Assembly: GCA_963724765.1 (NCBI GenBank)
Contig: CAVRVY010000004.1
Span: 1,088,001-1,152,000 of the forward strand
DNA: 64,000 nt
Direction: 5' to 3'
DNA from: an uncultured delta proteobacterium
GTDB taxonomy: Bacteria; Desulfobacterota; Binatia; Binatales; Binataceae
The position numbers were made by a program, and so were the translations under genes. Shown piece after piece: positions 30,064 through 40,021 of this stretch (the stretch's first letter is position 1; each line of letters opens with the position of its first letter). The notes below the pieces were generated by a model that was not told the origin of the DNA, did not search any database, and saw only the letters and a list, made by a program, of their open reading frames with translations.

Positions 30064-31578
30064 ATGATACTGCGCGATTTGAATTATTGGACGGAATTGC
30101 TATTCCGGCGAAAAAACGCCTTCCTCGAAACTGCGGGGATCATCTTCGGATTAGTGCTGCTCGGCACGCTGCTGTGGCCGCCGCTGTACGAGTCCAGCGC
30201 CAAGATTTTCGTCCAGAACAACCGCGCACAGTTGCTGGTCTCGCCGGATCTTCAAAGTGAGTCCTCGCAAAATCCGGGGATCGTCGCCAACCCGGTCAGC
30301 GAGCAGGATCTAAATTCGGAAGTCGAATTGCTGACCAGCATTCACCTGGTCAAGCTGGCCATCGCAGGTCTCCCACTGCCGCACGATACCGCGGGTAGCG
30401 GGCTGCTGCAGGACACGGTGGGTCTCGCGCTGCAGATCCCAAGCAGCGGTTATCGGCTGCTGCACGATTCGCCGTCGCCTAGTGCGCGCGACCAATGGGC
30501 GCTCAAGCTCGCGCACCACGTGGGCGTCTCGGTGATCAAGCGCTCCAACATCATCGAGGTTGATTTCAGCGCCCATGACTCGCGCTGGGCGCACGACTTC
30601 CTGTCGCGGTTGATTACTCAGTATCAGGCGTATCATGCGGGGCTCTCGAACGACCCTGAAGCGGAACAGTTCTTCGATCAGCAGGCCAAGCAGCTTAACG
30701 GCCGGCTCAATGTGTCGGAGGACAAGCTGCGCGAATTCCAGATCCAGACCGGAATAACCAGTCTCAGCGATCAGAAGCAGGCGCTGGTGACGCGGCTGTC
30801 TGATCTGCAGCTCCAGAACGCGAAGAATTCCTCCGACCTGGCTTCGGCGCAGCAGCAGGTCGCCTCACTCAGCCAGGAACTCCAGGCGACGCCGCAGCAG
30901 ATCAGCAAGGAAACACGGTCGGTACAAAACATGGCGCTGCAGGCGATCAAACCCCAAGTGATGCAGCTTGAGGCCGAGCGCGCCGAACTTCTCAGCCGCT
31001 ACCAGCCAACCAGCAAGCGGATAACCGAGATCGACGCCAAACTCGCGGCGGCTCATCGGATCCTCGACCGTGAGAACCACCTCGAGATCCAGGAGTCCAG
31101 CACCGATCTCAATCCGGTCTGGGTGACTCTCGAGCAGAGCTTGAAACAGGCCGAAGCGAACGCCGCCTCCCTGAAGGCGAGCCACGAGGTGCTCGATACG
31201 CAGGTCGAAGCGATGCGCCAGCAGCTTACCGACATGGTCAACAACGGGCTGTCAATCGAGCGGCTGTCGCGCCAGGTTGAGAGCGATAAGGACGCTTATC
31301 TCGCGTACGTGCGCAAGGGTGAAGAAGCGCGCGCGGCGCAAGGCCTCAACCTCAACAAAATCCTGAACGTCAGCCTGGCACAGGCGCCGACCCAGCCCCT
31401 GTCGCCGTTCTTCCCGGTCATCTGGCTGAATCTCCTGGCCGGCGCCGTGCTGGCCGCCGGCGCGGGCTTCGCGGCCGCATATTGGGAAGAGCAACGCGAC
31501 CCCAGAATTTATTCGGCCGCTGCTGTCGAGGAAGCGAGCGGTATGACCACCATCGCTATCCTTCGCAACGAGGCGTAA
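30064..31578 (+). CDS. Polysaccharide co-polymerase (GumC/Wzc periplasmic part, no kinase domain)
   Basis: Two TMs flanking a long coiled coil, PPLYESSAKI, SEVELLTS and KRSNIIEV. Confidence 0.88.
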   Translation: MILRDLNYWTELLFRRKNAFLETAGIIFGLVLLGTLLWPPLYESSAKIFVQNNRAQLLVSPDLQSESSQNPGIVANPVSEQDLNSEVELLTSIHLVKLAIAGLPLPHDTAGSGLLQDTVGLALQIPSSGYRLLHDSPSPSARDQWALKLAHHVGVSVIKRSNIIEVDFSAHDSRWAHDFLSRLITQYQAYHAGLSNDPEAEQFFDQQAKQLNGRLNVSEDKLREFQIQTGITSLSDQKQALVTRLSDLQLQNAKNSSDLASAQQQVASLSQELQATPQQISKETRSVQNMALQAIKPQVMQLEAERAELLSRYQPTSKRITEIDAKLAAAHRILDRENHLEIQESSTDLNPVWVTLEQSLKQAEANAASLKASHEVLDTQVEAMRQQLTDMVNNGLSIERLSRQVESDKDAYLAYVRKGEEARAAQGLNLNKILNVSLAQAPTQPLSPFFPVIWLNLLAGAVLAAGAGFAAAYWEEQRDPRIYSAAAVEEASGMTTIAILRNEA

Positions 31579-31586
31579 CCCCCGCC

Positions 31587-32693
31587 ATGTATCACCAGCA
31601 CTTCAGGCTTAGCGGTCCGCCATTCCAGTTCACGCCTACGCCGGGCGCGCTCTACCTGGGCAAAACCCATCGCGAAGGGCTGGCCGCGCTGGAATGGAGC
31701 CTGCTGCATGAGCCGACCGGGTTCACCTTGCTGGTGGGCGAGAGCGGAATCGGCAAGACCACGCTGGTGTGCTCGATCCTGGCCCAATGCTACCCCAACG
31801 TTCGCAGCGCATACGTCACCAGCCCCAAGCTGAACTTCGATCAGATGATGCAGATGATTATGTCGCAATTCCTGCAGGCGACGGGCGGTCAGACCAAGCT
31901 CCAGTTGATCGAGAGCTTCACGCGGCTGCTCGAGGAAGTCGGGCCAGGTCAGCGTCTCACCATCGTCCTCGACGAAGCCCAGGAACTTGCCGACGAGACG
32001 CTGGAAGAATTCAGGCTGCTCTCGAACCTCGACACGGCGGCAGAGCGGCGGTTGCAGCTCATCTTCGTGGGGCAGCCGGAGCTGATAGAGCGTCTGACAA
32101 GTTCCCGCATGCTCAGTCTGAACCAGCGAATCGGCGCGCGCGTGTTGCTCAAACCGCTGCAGGCGGCCGAAGTGCGCGAATATATCGATTGCCGGCTGCG
32201 CACCAGGGGCGGTGCAGCGAACAAGATATTCGCCTCGGCCGCGCTCGATCATCTGGTGCGGCACAGCCGCGGAATCCCGCGGCGGATAAACATTCTGTGT
32301 CACAACTCGATGCTGCTGGGGTTTGCGGCCGGGCGCGCAAAGGTCAGCCTGACGATGGCCAGGACCGCCGTCAACGAATTCGAAAACCTGCTCGGCACCA
32401 AATCGGCATCGCACGATCAAGCGGCGCTCGCGCCGCGCGCGATGCGCCACTTCGTCGCAAGGACGGCGCTGGCGGTGGCCGCGCTGGTATTGGTTGCGCT
32501 CGGCGTCCTTTACGTCTGGTCATCCCAGGCCTGGTTCGGCATAAGTCCGACGCACGCGAGCCTGAGTGGAAAAGCTCTCCGGCCCGTGACGGCTCCCGCG
32601 ACCATGCCGGACCCGGAGGTTTTGTCAGGGTCGCTACTGCCGGCGCTGGTGGCTGCCACCAGCAGCCGCTATTCCGCCGGTGCCCAATCATGA
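31587..32693 (+). CDS. ExeA/GspA-like AAA ATPase of EPS loci
   Basis: MYHQHFRLSGPPFQFTP, GESGIGKT, LDEAQ, VGQPEL, GIPRRINILC and a C-terminal TM. Confidence 0.9.
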   Translation: MYHQHFRLSGPPFQFTPTPGALYLGKTHREGLAALEWSLLHEPTGFTLLVGESGIGKTTLVCSILAQCYPNVRSAYVTSPKLNFDQMMQMIMSQFLQATGGQTKLQLIESFTRLLEEVGPGQRLTIVLDEAQELADETLEEFRLLSNLDTAAERRLQLIFVGQPELIERLTSSRMLSLNQRIGARVLLKPLQAAEVREYIDCRLRTRGGAANKIFASAALDHLVRHSRGIPRRINILCHNSMLLGFAAGRAKVSLTMARTAVNEFENLLGTKSASHDQAALAPRAMRHFVARTALAVAALVLVALGVLYVWSSQAWFGISPTHASLSGKALRPVTAPATMPDPEVLSGSLLPALVAATSSRYSAGAQS

Positions 32694-33445
32694 GCAAATA
32701 CTACGAAGCGATAACTCGCCCGCAACAGCCGCGCCAGGTCGACGACCAGCATCGCGTGGATACTTCCGTATTCGCCGGCAACAACGCGGCGGCGCACTCG
32801 CTGGTTCCGCTTCCGATCCTCGAGCACGTTCCGGCCGCGGTGGCGCGCGCGAGCGCGATCCGCAATCTCACCGAGCGTCTGGCGCCCCTGGCGGTGGTCT
32901 CAAGGTCCACCCGCCTGGCGGTGACCGGATGTCGTCCGGGCGACGGCGCGTCGACGGTGGCGACGGCGATTGCCATCGACATCAGCCAGCGCCTGGGCCT
33001 GCGCACGATGCTGGTCGACGCCCACCTGCGGCATCCGACGCTTCATCGCCTATTCCAGCATCCCGGCCGGCGAACGCCCGAGCTGGTGCTCGATGGCGCG
33101 TTGCAGATCCGCGCCACCGAATGGCCCCGGCTGGAGCTGGTTACCTGCTGCCTGTCGAGTCCCGATTCGCAACGGCAGTTGTTCGATGAATTCGAAACGC
33201 TGTTCAGCGGGTATTCGGCCGTGATCGTCGATCTCGGCGTGACCCGGCTCGACGCGCGAATGCTGCCGCTGGCCAGGCCCGAAGATCCGATTGTCATGGT
33301 CGTGCGTCAGGGCCATACGGAGCGGCGCGAACTGGCCACGACCGCCAGCGCCTTGCGCGCGGCGAACCGTTCTCTGGCCGGCGTGATTCTTAACGATGCA
33401 GCCGATCCGGTTGCGAAACCACTACGGAGACTGTTGGGAACATGA
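32690..33445 (+). CDS. CpsD/CapB-like BY-kinase homolog with degenerate Walker A
   Basis: TGCRPGDGASTVA, LVDAHLRHP, VIVDLG and AGVILN motifs. Confidence 0.8.
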   Translation: MSKYYEAITRPQQPRQVDDQHRVDTSVFAGNNAAAHSLVPLPILEHVPAAVARASAIRNLTERLAPLAVVSRSTRLAVTGCRPGDGASTVATAIAIDISQRLGLRTMLVDAHLRHPTLHRLFQHPGRRTPELVLDGALQIRATEWPRLELVTCCLSSPDSQRQLFDEFETLFSGYSAVIVDLGVTRLDARMLPLARPEDPIVMVVRQGHTERRELATTASALRAANRSLAGVILNDAADPVAKPLRRLLGT

Positions 33446-34551
33446 GTCAACTTGCAAGTGCAGCGGAGTTGGGAACGTCTGAGGTGCGCGACCGCAACGG
33501 CGGTGCCGATACACAGGCGGCGCGCCGCCTGCGCGGCGTTGCAGTGGTCGGCCTGGGCTACTGGGGTCCCAACTGGGTACGCAACTTTTATCAACTGCGC
33601 TGCGCCGAACGTGTCATCGCCTGCGACCTCGATCGCGGCCGCTGCGAGCGCATCAGCAACCTCTATCCGGCCGCCGAAACCGACCTGAGCTTCGAGGACG
33701 TACTTGAAGACCCTGACATCGAGGGCGTGATAATCGCGACCCCGGTGAGCCGCCACTACCCGATGGCGCGCCGCGTGCTGGAAGCCGGCAAATCGGTGCT
33801 GGTCGAGAAGCCGCTGGCGATGTCACCGACGGAGGCGACCGAGCTGATGCGACTGGCGCGCGCGCGCGGCGGCGTGCTGATGGCCGGACATACGTTCGAG
33901 TACAGCTCGCCGGTGCTCAAAATCCACGAGGTCATATCGGCGGGCGAGCTGGGCGAGGTTTTCTACGTGAGCTCGATTCGGGCCAACCTCGGACTGTTCC
34001 AGCACGACGTCAACGTGGTCTGGGACCTCGCCACGCACGACATTTCGATCATCCTCATGGTCATGGGCCGGATGCCGGAGTCCGTGAGCTGCCAGGGGCA
34101 GAGCCATTACCGGCGCGGGGTCGAGGACGTGGCGCTGCTGGCCTTGCACTTCGCGGACAATGTGATCGCCTTCGTTCAAGTGAGCTGGCTCGACCCCAAC
34201 AAGATTCGCCGCACCACCATCGTGGGCTCGCGCAAGATGCTGGTCTACGACGACACCGCCTTGCAGGAGAAGATTCGCATCTACGATAAGGGCGTCGACA
34301 TGCAGCGCTACTACGACACCTTCGGCGATTTCCAATTCTCCTACCGCTACGGTGACATCCAGATCCCGCGGATCGAGGAGGCGGAGCCGCTCAAGGCCGA
34401 GTGCGAACACTTCGCCGACTGTATCCTCAACGGGCGCACGCCGCGCACCGACGGGCTCTCAGGTGCGCGCGTGGTAAGCGTGCTCCACGCGGCGAACCTT
34501 TCGCTGAAACACGGCGGACGCAAAATCACGGTCGAAATCCCACGGGTGTGA
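33442..34551 (+). CDS. Gfo/Idh/MocA oxidoreductase (WbpB/WlbA-like sugar-nucleotide dehydrogenase)
   Basis: VGLGYWG, VLVEKPLA and WDLATHD motifs. Confidence 0.9.
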   Translation: MSQLASAAELGTSEVRDRNGGADTQAARRLRGVAVVGLGYWGPNWVRNFYQLRCAERVIACDLDRGRCERISNLYPAAETDLSFEDVLEDPDIEGVIIATPVSRHYPMARRVLEAGKSVLVEKPLAMSPTEATELMRLARARGGVLMAGHTFEYSSPVLKIHEVISAGELGEVFYVSSIRANLGLFQHDVNVVWDLATHDISIILMVMGRMPESVSCQGQSHYRRGVEDVALLALHFADNVIAFVQVSWLDPNKIRRTTIVGSRKMLVYDDTALQEKIRIYDKGVDMQRYYDTFGDFQFSYRYGDIQIPRIEEAEPLKAECEHFADCILNGRTPRTDGLSGARVVSVLHAANLSLKHGGRKITVEIPRV

Positions 34552-34553
34552 GC

Positions 34554-35093
34554 ATGAGCGACGATATCCAAGCGCCGCGGTTTGCCTGCGTGGCCGACGA
34601 CGTTCGGCTCGGCCCGCGCGTCCGTTTGAGTCCGTTCGTCAACCTGTACGGATGCGAAATTGGCGAGGACACGCGCCTGGGCGCCTTCGTCGAGGTCCAG
34701 CGCGACGCCACCATAGGCCGGCGCTGCAAGATTTCCAGCCACACCTTCATCTGCTCGGGTGTGACGATTGAGGACGAGGTGTTCATCGGTCACGGCGTGG
34801 TTTTCATCAATGACCGCAATCCCCGGGCAACTACCGCGGACGGCGCGCCGCAAACCGAGAGCGATTGGCGAATGGAAAGCACGGTGGTGCGCCGCGGCGC
34901 GTCTATCGGAAGCGGTTCGGTGATCCTGTGTGGCATCGAAATCGGCGAGCGCGCGATGGTTGGCGCCGGCGCGGTGGTTACGCACAACGTGCCGCCGAAC
35001 GAGGTAGTGGCCGGCAATCCGGCTCGCGTGCGCCGCTCGATAACGTCGCACGAACAGACATACCCCGATAAGAGAGGTTCTAATGCAGATTAA
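34554..35093 (+). CDS. Hexapeptide N-acyltransferase (WbpD/WlbB/FdtC-like)
   Basis: FVNLYGCEIG, KISSHTFICSGVTIEDEVFIGHGV and VAGNPAR. Confidence 0.9.
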   Translation: MSDDIQAPRFACVADDVRLGPRVRLSPFVNLYGCEIGEDTRLGAFVEVQRDATIGRRCKISSHTFICSGVTIEDEVFIGHGVVFINDRNPRATTADGAPQTESDWRMESTVVRRGASIGSGSVILCGIEIGERAMVGAGAVVTHNVPPNEVVAGNPARVRRSITSHEQTYPDKRGSNAD

Positions 35094-36291
35094 ATTTGTC
35101 GATCTGGTGTCACAGAACGCGGAAATCCGCGAGCGCGTGGAACGCGAACTGATCAAAATTCATTTCGACGCCGGCTACATCGGCGGTCCGCAGGTCAAAG
35201 CCTTCGAGGAAGAGTTCGCGGCGTTCCTCGGCGCGCGCCACGCAATCTCGCTCGGCAGCGGCACCGATGCGATCCGCTTGGCGCTGCTCGCGGTCGGAGT
35301 AGGTCCCGGCACCGAAGTGATCACGACGCCAATGACCTTCATCGCGACCGCGGCCGCCATCCGTCAAACCGGCGCCCGGCCAACCCTGGTCGACATCGAT
35401 CCGGAGACTTGCAACATCGATCCGCGCGCGCTGCGCAGATACCTGGAAGAGCGGCGCCGCCGCTCGCCGCACGGCCTGCGCGCGATCGTGCCGGTACATC
35501 TATATGGACTGCCGGCGGCAATGCGCGAGATCCAGGAGATCGCGGTGGAATTTGGCCTGCGAATCGTCGAGGACGCGTGCCAGGCCCACGGCGCTTCGTT
35601 GCACGACGGCCAGCGCTGGCGGTTCGCCGGAACGCTCGGCGCGGCCGGATGCTTCAGCTTCTACCCGGGCAAGAACCTTGGCGCATGGGGTGACGGTGGC
35701 GCGGTCGTAACCGACAACGACGAACTGGCGGAACGGGTAAGAATGCTTCGCGACCACGGGCGCATCTCGCACTACGCCCACCAGGACTACGGTTACAATT
35801 CGCGTCTCGACGCGGTCCAGGCGGCGGTGCTGCGCGCCAAGCTCGAGCGGCTGGCCGACTGGAACAGGCGCCGGCGCGAGATCGCGGAAAGCTATCGTCA
35901 ACTGCTTGACGGCGCGGACCTCGAGCTGCCCACCGAGCCCGAGGGATTTGCGTCCGCCTATCACCTGTTCGCCATTCGCAGCCGCCAGCGCGACGCAATC
36001 CGGCAAGCCCTGCTAAGCCAGAACATCGAGTGCGGCATCCATTATCCCGTGCCCCTGCATCTGCAACCGGCCTGCCGTGATCTCGGCTACCGGCCCAAGG
36101 ATTTTCCGGTGAGCGAGCGGATCGCCGACACCGAGCTATCGCTCCCGATGCATCCGCATCTGACCGACGCCGAGGTGCGGCGGGTGGCCGAGGTTGTGAT
36201 CGCAGCCGTGAGCAAGCGTCCAACCATCTTCGCCGGCGAGCATCGCCGAAATTCGGCCGTCTCTGCTCTCCCCCCGGAGCGTGGCGAGTGA
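35083..36291 (+). CDS. DegT/DnrJ/EryC1/StrS aminotransferase
   Basis: SGTDA, PVHLYG, EDACQAHG and FSFYPGKNLGAWGDGG. Confidence 0.93.
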   Translation: MQIKFVDLVSQNAEIRERVERELIKIHFDAGYIGGPQVKAFEEEFAAFLGARHAISLGSGTDAIRLALLAVGVGPGTEVITTPMTFIATAAAIRQTGARPTLVDIDPETCNIDPRALRRYLEERRRRSPHGLRAIVPVHLYGLPAAMREIQEIAVEFGLRIVEDACQAHGASLHDGQRWRFAGTLGAAGCFSFYPGKNLGAWGDGGAVVTDNDELAERVRMLRDHGRISHYAHQDYGYNSRLDAVQAAVLRAKLERLADWNRRRREIAESYRQLLDGADLELPTEPEGFASAYHLFAIRSRQRDAIRQALLSQNIECGIHYPVPLHLQPACRDLGYRPKDFPVSERIADTELSLPMHPHLTDAEVRRVAEVVIAAVSKRPTIFAGEHRRNSAVSALPPERGE

Positions 36292-36294
36292 AGC

Positions 36295-37731
36295 ATGTTC
36301 GCTGGCGAACTACAAAGACAGAAAGCGCTGTTTGCGGCTTGTGACGGCGTAGCGCTGATCGCCGCATTCGCGGCGGCGCTAATGCTGCACGACCCGTCGG
36401 GCGCTATGGAAGAGCGCCTGTTGCAAGACAACCCGGCGCTCCTGTGCCTCAGTGTGTTGGCGGTCGTCGGTCTGTGGGTGCTGGTGTTCCGCGCCTGCGA
36501 CCTCTACCGGATGCGCAACGGCGGCCTGCAGGAATCGGTCAACATCGTACGCGGCTGCTCGTACGCTGCACTGCTGACCGTGCTGGTCGGGTTCCTGGCG
36601 CACGTGGATGTTTCGCGGCTCACCGTGACGTTGGCCTATCTGCTCAGCATCCCGGCCGTCACGGTTGAACGGATGGCGACCCGGCAATGCATCCGCCGCT
36701 TCTACGCCAATCCCAAAAACGCGATTCCGCTGGTGCTGATCGGATGCAACCGGTTTGCGCGCTACCTGTGCGACCAGATCCTCGACCAGATGACGCCGTA
36801 CGAGATGGTGGGTTTTCTCGAAGACGATGGCGACATCCGCCAATACCGCGGCTGTCCGGTTTTCGGCCCTGCCGAGCGCATCGGCGAAATCGCCGCGCTT
36901 TATCCCTGCCTCGAAGCCGCCATCGTGCTGCCCGACGCGCCGCGCGAGCGGCACGAGGCGATCATCGGACTGTGCGAGCAGCAGCGCGTGCGCTGGTGGC
37001 TGATGCCGTGGGTATCGAAGTGGCCCAACGGCGGCTTGCGAGTCGATATGTTCGGCGTGGTGCCGCTCATCAGTCCGCGCGGCTCGAACATCGAGGGCCT
37101 GAACTTCGCGCTGAAGCGGGCGTTCGACGTGGCCGTAGGCGCGTTGCTGCTGATCGTCGCTGCCCCGATGCTCGCGGTGGGCGCGCTCGCCATCCGGCTC
37201 TTCGACGGCGGCCCGATCCTGTTCCGCCAGACGCGTATCGGGATGCGCGGCCGGCCCTTTAGCATGCTCAAACTGCGCACGATGCGATCGGCCAACGACG
37301 ATTCGTCGCATCGCGATTACGTCCGGCAATGGATTCGTCAGGGCGAGTCCGCGGCGCAGGACGGCTCCGGCGGCGAGCGCGTGTTCAAGCTCGCCCACGA
37401 TCAGCGCGTGACTCCCGTCGGCCGCTGGCTGCGCCGCTTCAGCGTCGATGAACTGCCGCAGCTCATCAACGTGATCCGTGGCGAGATGAGCCTCATCGGC
37501 CCCCGCCCTGCCCTGCCCTACGAGCTCGAGCTGTACGAGCCGTGGCATCTGCGCCGCCTGCAGGCAGCGCCCGGCATAACCGGTCTATGGCAGGTCAGCG
37601 GCCGCAACCATCTCTCGTTTGACGAGATGGTCCGTCTCGACGTGCAATATCTCCAGAGCTGGTCGTTCTCCGGCGATCTGCGAATCCTGGTCAGAACCGT
37701 TCCCGCACTGCTTCGCGGAGGGGGAGTGTGA
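36295..37731 (+). CDS. Polyprenyl-phosphate priming sugar transferase (WcaJ-like)
   Basis: N-terminal TMs, KRAFDV, LKLRTM, DELPQLINVIRGEMSLIGPRP and PGITGLWQVSGR. Confidence 0.93.
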   Translation: MFAGELQRQKALFAACDGVALIAAFAAALMLHDPSGAMEERLLQDNPALLCLSVLAVVGLWVLVFRACDLYRMRNGGLQESVNIVRGCSYAALLTVLVGFLAHVDVSRLTVTLAYLLSIPAVTVERMATRQCIRRFYANPKNAIPLVLIGCNRFARYLCDQILDQMTPYEMVGFLEDDGDIRQYRGCPVFGPAERIGEIAALYPCLEAAIVLPDAPRERHEAIIGLCEQQRVRWWLMPWVSKWPNGGLRVDMFGVVPLISPRGSNIEGLNFALKRAFDVAVGALLLIVAAPMLAVGALAIRLFDGGPILFRQTRIGMRGRPFSMLKLRTMRSANDDSSHRDYVRQWIRQGESAAQDGSGGERVFKLAHDQRVTPVGRWLRRFSVDELPQLINVIRGEMSLIGPRPALPYELELYEPWHLRRLQAAPGITGLWQVSGRNHLSFDEMVRLDVQYLQSWSFSGDLRILVRTVPALLRGGGV

Positions 37732-39242
37732 GCGGGGTGCCAGTAGAGCCGCCTATCGAATCGTACTCCGCGGAGCCTCTCCACTCGCTGTGGCAGGCGG
37801 TCGCGCGCAGCGTGCGCGACAACGTAATCGCCGAATTCGTCGTTCAGGCGGTGCGCCTGGGCGGCTTCGTGTTGCTGGCGCGCGCGCTTAGCCCGGACCA
37901 ATTCGGCGTTTTCAGGGTACTCCTGGTGGTCGCAGTCCTCGCGACCCTGAGCAATGATGCGGGCCTCCCGGACGCGTTGGTCCAGCGCAAGGAAATCACC
38001 GCGGCCCATCAGGCCACGGCCTGGTGGCTGAGCATGCTGACGGCGCTAGGCGCGGCCGTCATCTTATATTTCGCGGCCCCCTGGATCGCGATAGCAATGG
38101 ACATGCCGGGACTGACCGGCGGTGCACGGCTCTTGTGCATTCCGATCCTGCTCGACGCAACGACCGTGGTCCCGTGCGCCCGGTTGCGCCGGAAGCTTAA
38201 CTTCGGCGCGCTGGCGGCTGCGGATGTCGTGGCGGAGGTGGCCTTCATTTTAGTCGCGCTGCTGGTGTTGTGGCGCGGGCTGCCGGCGTGGAGCCTGCCG
38301 GGAGGCCTCGCGGCGCGCTTCGCCGTGCATGCCGTCGCGATCTGGATTGCGGATCCGCATGTGCCGCGCGGGTGGCCGACGAGACAAGCCGCGCGCGACT
38401 TTGCCCGCTTTTCGATCACCGCCTGGGGCAGCCGAATCATCTACGTGTTCTCTTCCAACGCGGACTACCTGCTGGTCGGACGCCTGCTCGGCAGCTCAGC
38501 GCTGGGTTTCTATGGGATGGCGTGGGACCTGCTGCGATTCGTGCCCGATCGCCTGTATCGGGTTGCCGGGCGGGTAACGTTTCCGGCGTTCTGCCAACTA
38601 CAGGAAGACCGCGAAGCGCTCGCCCAAGCTTACCTCGACTTCTTCGACTACATGGCTCGTGTGATCCTGCCGATTGCGGCATGCGCGGCAATCGCGGCCC
38701 CGGAAATCCTGCGCACGGTTTACGGCCCTCAGTGGTTGCCCTCGGCGCTGCCGATGAGGCTGCTCGCGCCGGGCCTGGCGCTGTGCGGACTGCGGCTGGG
38801 AATCGGCTCGGTATATTACAGTAAGAACCGCCCCGAGCTCGACATATATCTGCACGGCGTACGGCTAACGTTGCTCGTAATAACGGTGCTGGGGCTCTCG
38901 CGCTACGGACTGTTCGGCGTCAGCGTGGGCATGAGCGTGGTCGAGGGCGTTGTAAGCGTGGCCGGGCAGGCGATCGCGTGCGCGTTGATCGATCTCAGGC
39001 TGCGCGACCTGGCCCGGGCCGCAATTCCTTCGCTGCGCCTGACCGCGCTTTGCGCGCTTGCGACCGTAGGCGGAAAGACCGCCGCGACGTACGCCGAGGC
39101 TCACGGCGCTATAGTCCTGGTTGCCGCCGCAGTGCCGCCGGCGCTGGTCTATCTATGGCTTGAGCGCTCGAACGCGATGGACCTGCTCGGCAGGGCATTT
39201 GTGCCTGCCGCGGACGCGCAGGTCAAACCGTCGCAGGCATAA
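37728..39242 (+). CDS. wzx: Oligosaccharide flippase (Wzx/PST family)
   Basis: LARALSPDQFG, DAGLPDALVQ and NADYLLVGRLLGSSALGFY, with many TMs. Confidence 0.88.
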   Translation: MSGVPVEPPIESYSAEPLHSLWQAVARSVRDNVIAEFVVQAVRLGGFVLLARALSPDQFGVFRVLLVVAVLATLSNDAGLPDALVQRKEITAAHQATAWWLSMLTALGAAVILYFAAPWIAIAMDMPGLTGGARLLCIPILLDATTVVPCARLRRKLNFGALAAADVVAEVAFILVALLVLWRGLPAWSLPGGLAARFAVHAVAIWIADPHVPRGWPTRQAARDFARFSITAWGSRIIYVFSSNADYLLVGRLLGSSALGFYGMAWDLLRFVPDRLYRVAGRVTFPAFCQLQEDREALAQAYLDFFDYMARVILPIAACAAIAAPEILRTVYGPQWLPSALPMRLLAPGLALCGLRLGIGSVYYSKNRPELDIYLHGVRLTLLVITVLGLSRYGLFGVSVGMSVVEGVVSVAGQAIACALIDLRLRDLARAAIPSLRLTALCALATVGGKTAATYAEAHGAIVLVAAAVPPALVYLWLERSNAMDLLGRAFVPAADAQVKPSQA

Positions 39243-39299
39243 GCGTGAACACCGCGACATGGAAAAAGAGACCGCTACGATGACGCCGAGTTACCGAGC

Positions 39300-40021
39300 A
39301 TGAAGAACTATATCGCCATCACCACTATCATCCCTGGATCCAGCCGCAGCATCTGCCGCGCAACGGCACGCGCGCGCCGGGCGGCGAGTCGGTGATCATG
39401 CGTTTTCTGCCGCGCGACGCGTGGGATGGCTACGACGCCATCCTGCGGCTCGACGCCGACCTGACCTTCAAGCCGCAGTTCGCCGAGTTGTTGCTGGCCG
39501 AATTGGAAAAAGACCCGCGTCTCGGGATTGCCGGGCCCACGCTGTATGAAACGCGTGGCGCGCACTGGCGTGAGGTGCCGGCACCCTCGTTCCACACCCG
39601 CGGCGCCGCCAAGTTTTACAGCAGCGCCTGCTTCGCCGCGATTGGCGGGCTCGAGGCGGGGCTCGGCTGGGACACGATCGACGAAGTGCGGGCGATGATG
39701 CTTGGTTTCGGCACCCGAAACTTCCGGCACATCCGTGCCTATCATCATCGCCCGCAGGGCGCCGCCGGCGGCTTGTGGCAAGGCCGTAAGGCGGCCGGGC
39801 GGGCCGCCTACAACGTCGGCTACTCGCCCCTGTTTGTGGCGGCGCGTGCGCTGCGCCTGGGGCTCAAGTGGCCGCCGCTGATCGGCGGCATGGGACTGAT
39901 GGCCGGCTATCTCGAAAGCGCGGTACAGCGATCGCCGCGGCCAGTCTCGCCAGCGCTGATCAGATTCGTGCGTCGTCAACAGATACGCAGGCTTCTCATG
40001 ATGGAGTCGGTATGGCGCTGA
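39300..40021 (+). pseudogene. GT2 glycosyltransferase with apparent internal N-terminal deletion and frameshift
   Basis: MKNYIAIT (39300-39323) jumps out of frame to HPWIQ...LRLDADL...GLGWDTID. The usual PAxDE...DDGSTD segment is absent. Confidence 0.7.

Noticed and set aside
31769-32689. N-terminal 307 aa of the 558-aa ORF as a fused kinase domain
   Set aside because: It overlaps the ExeA-like gene in another frame. The real start is the ATGA-coupled ATG at 32690.
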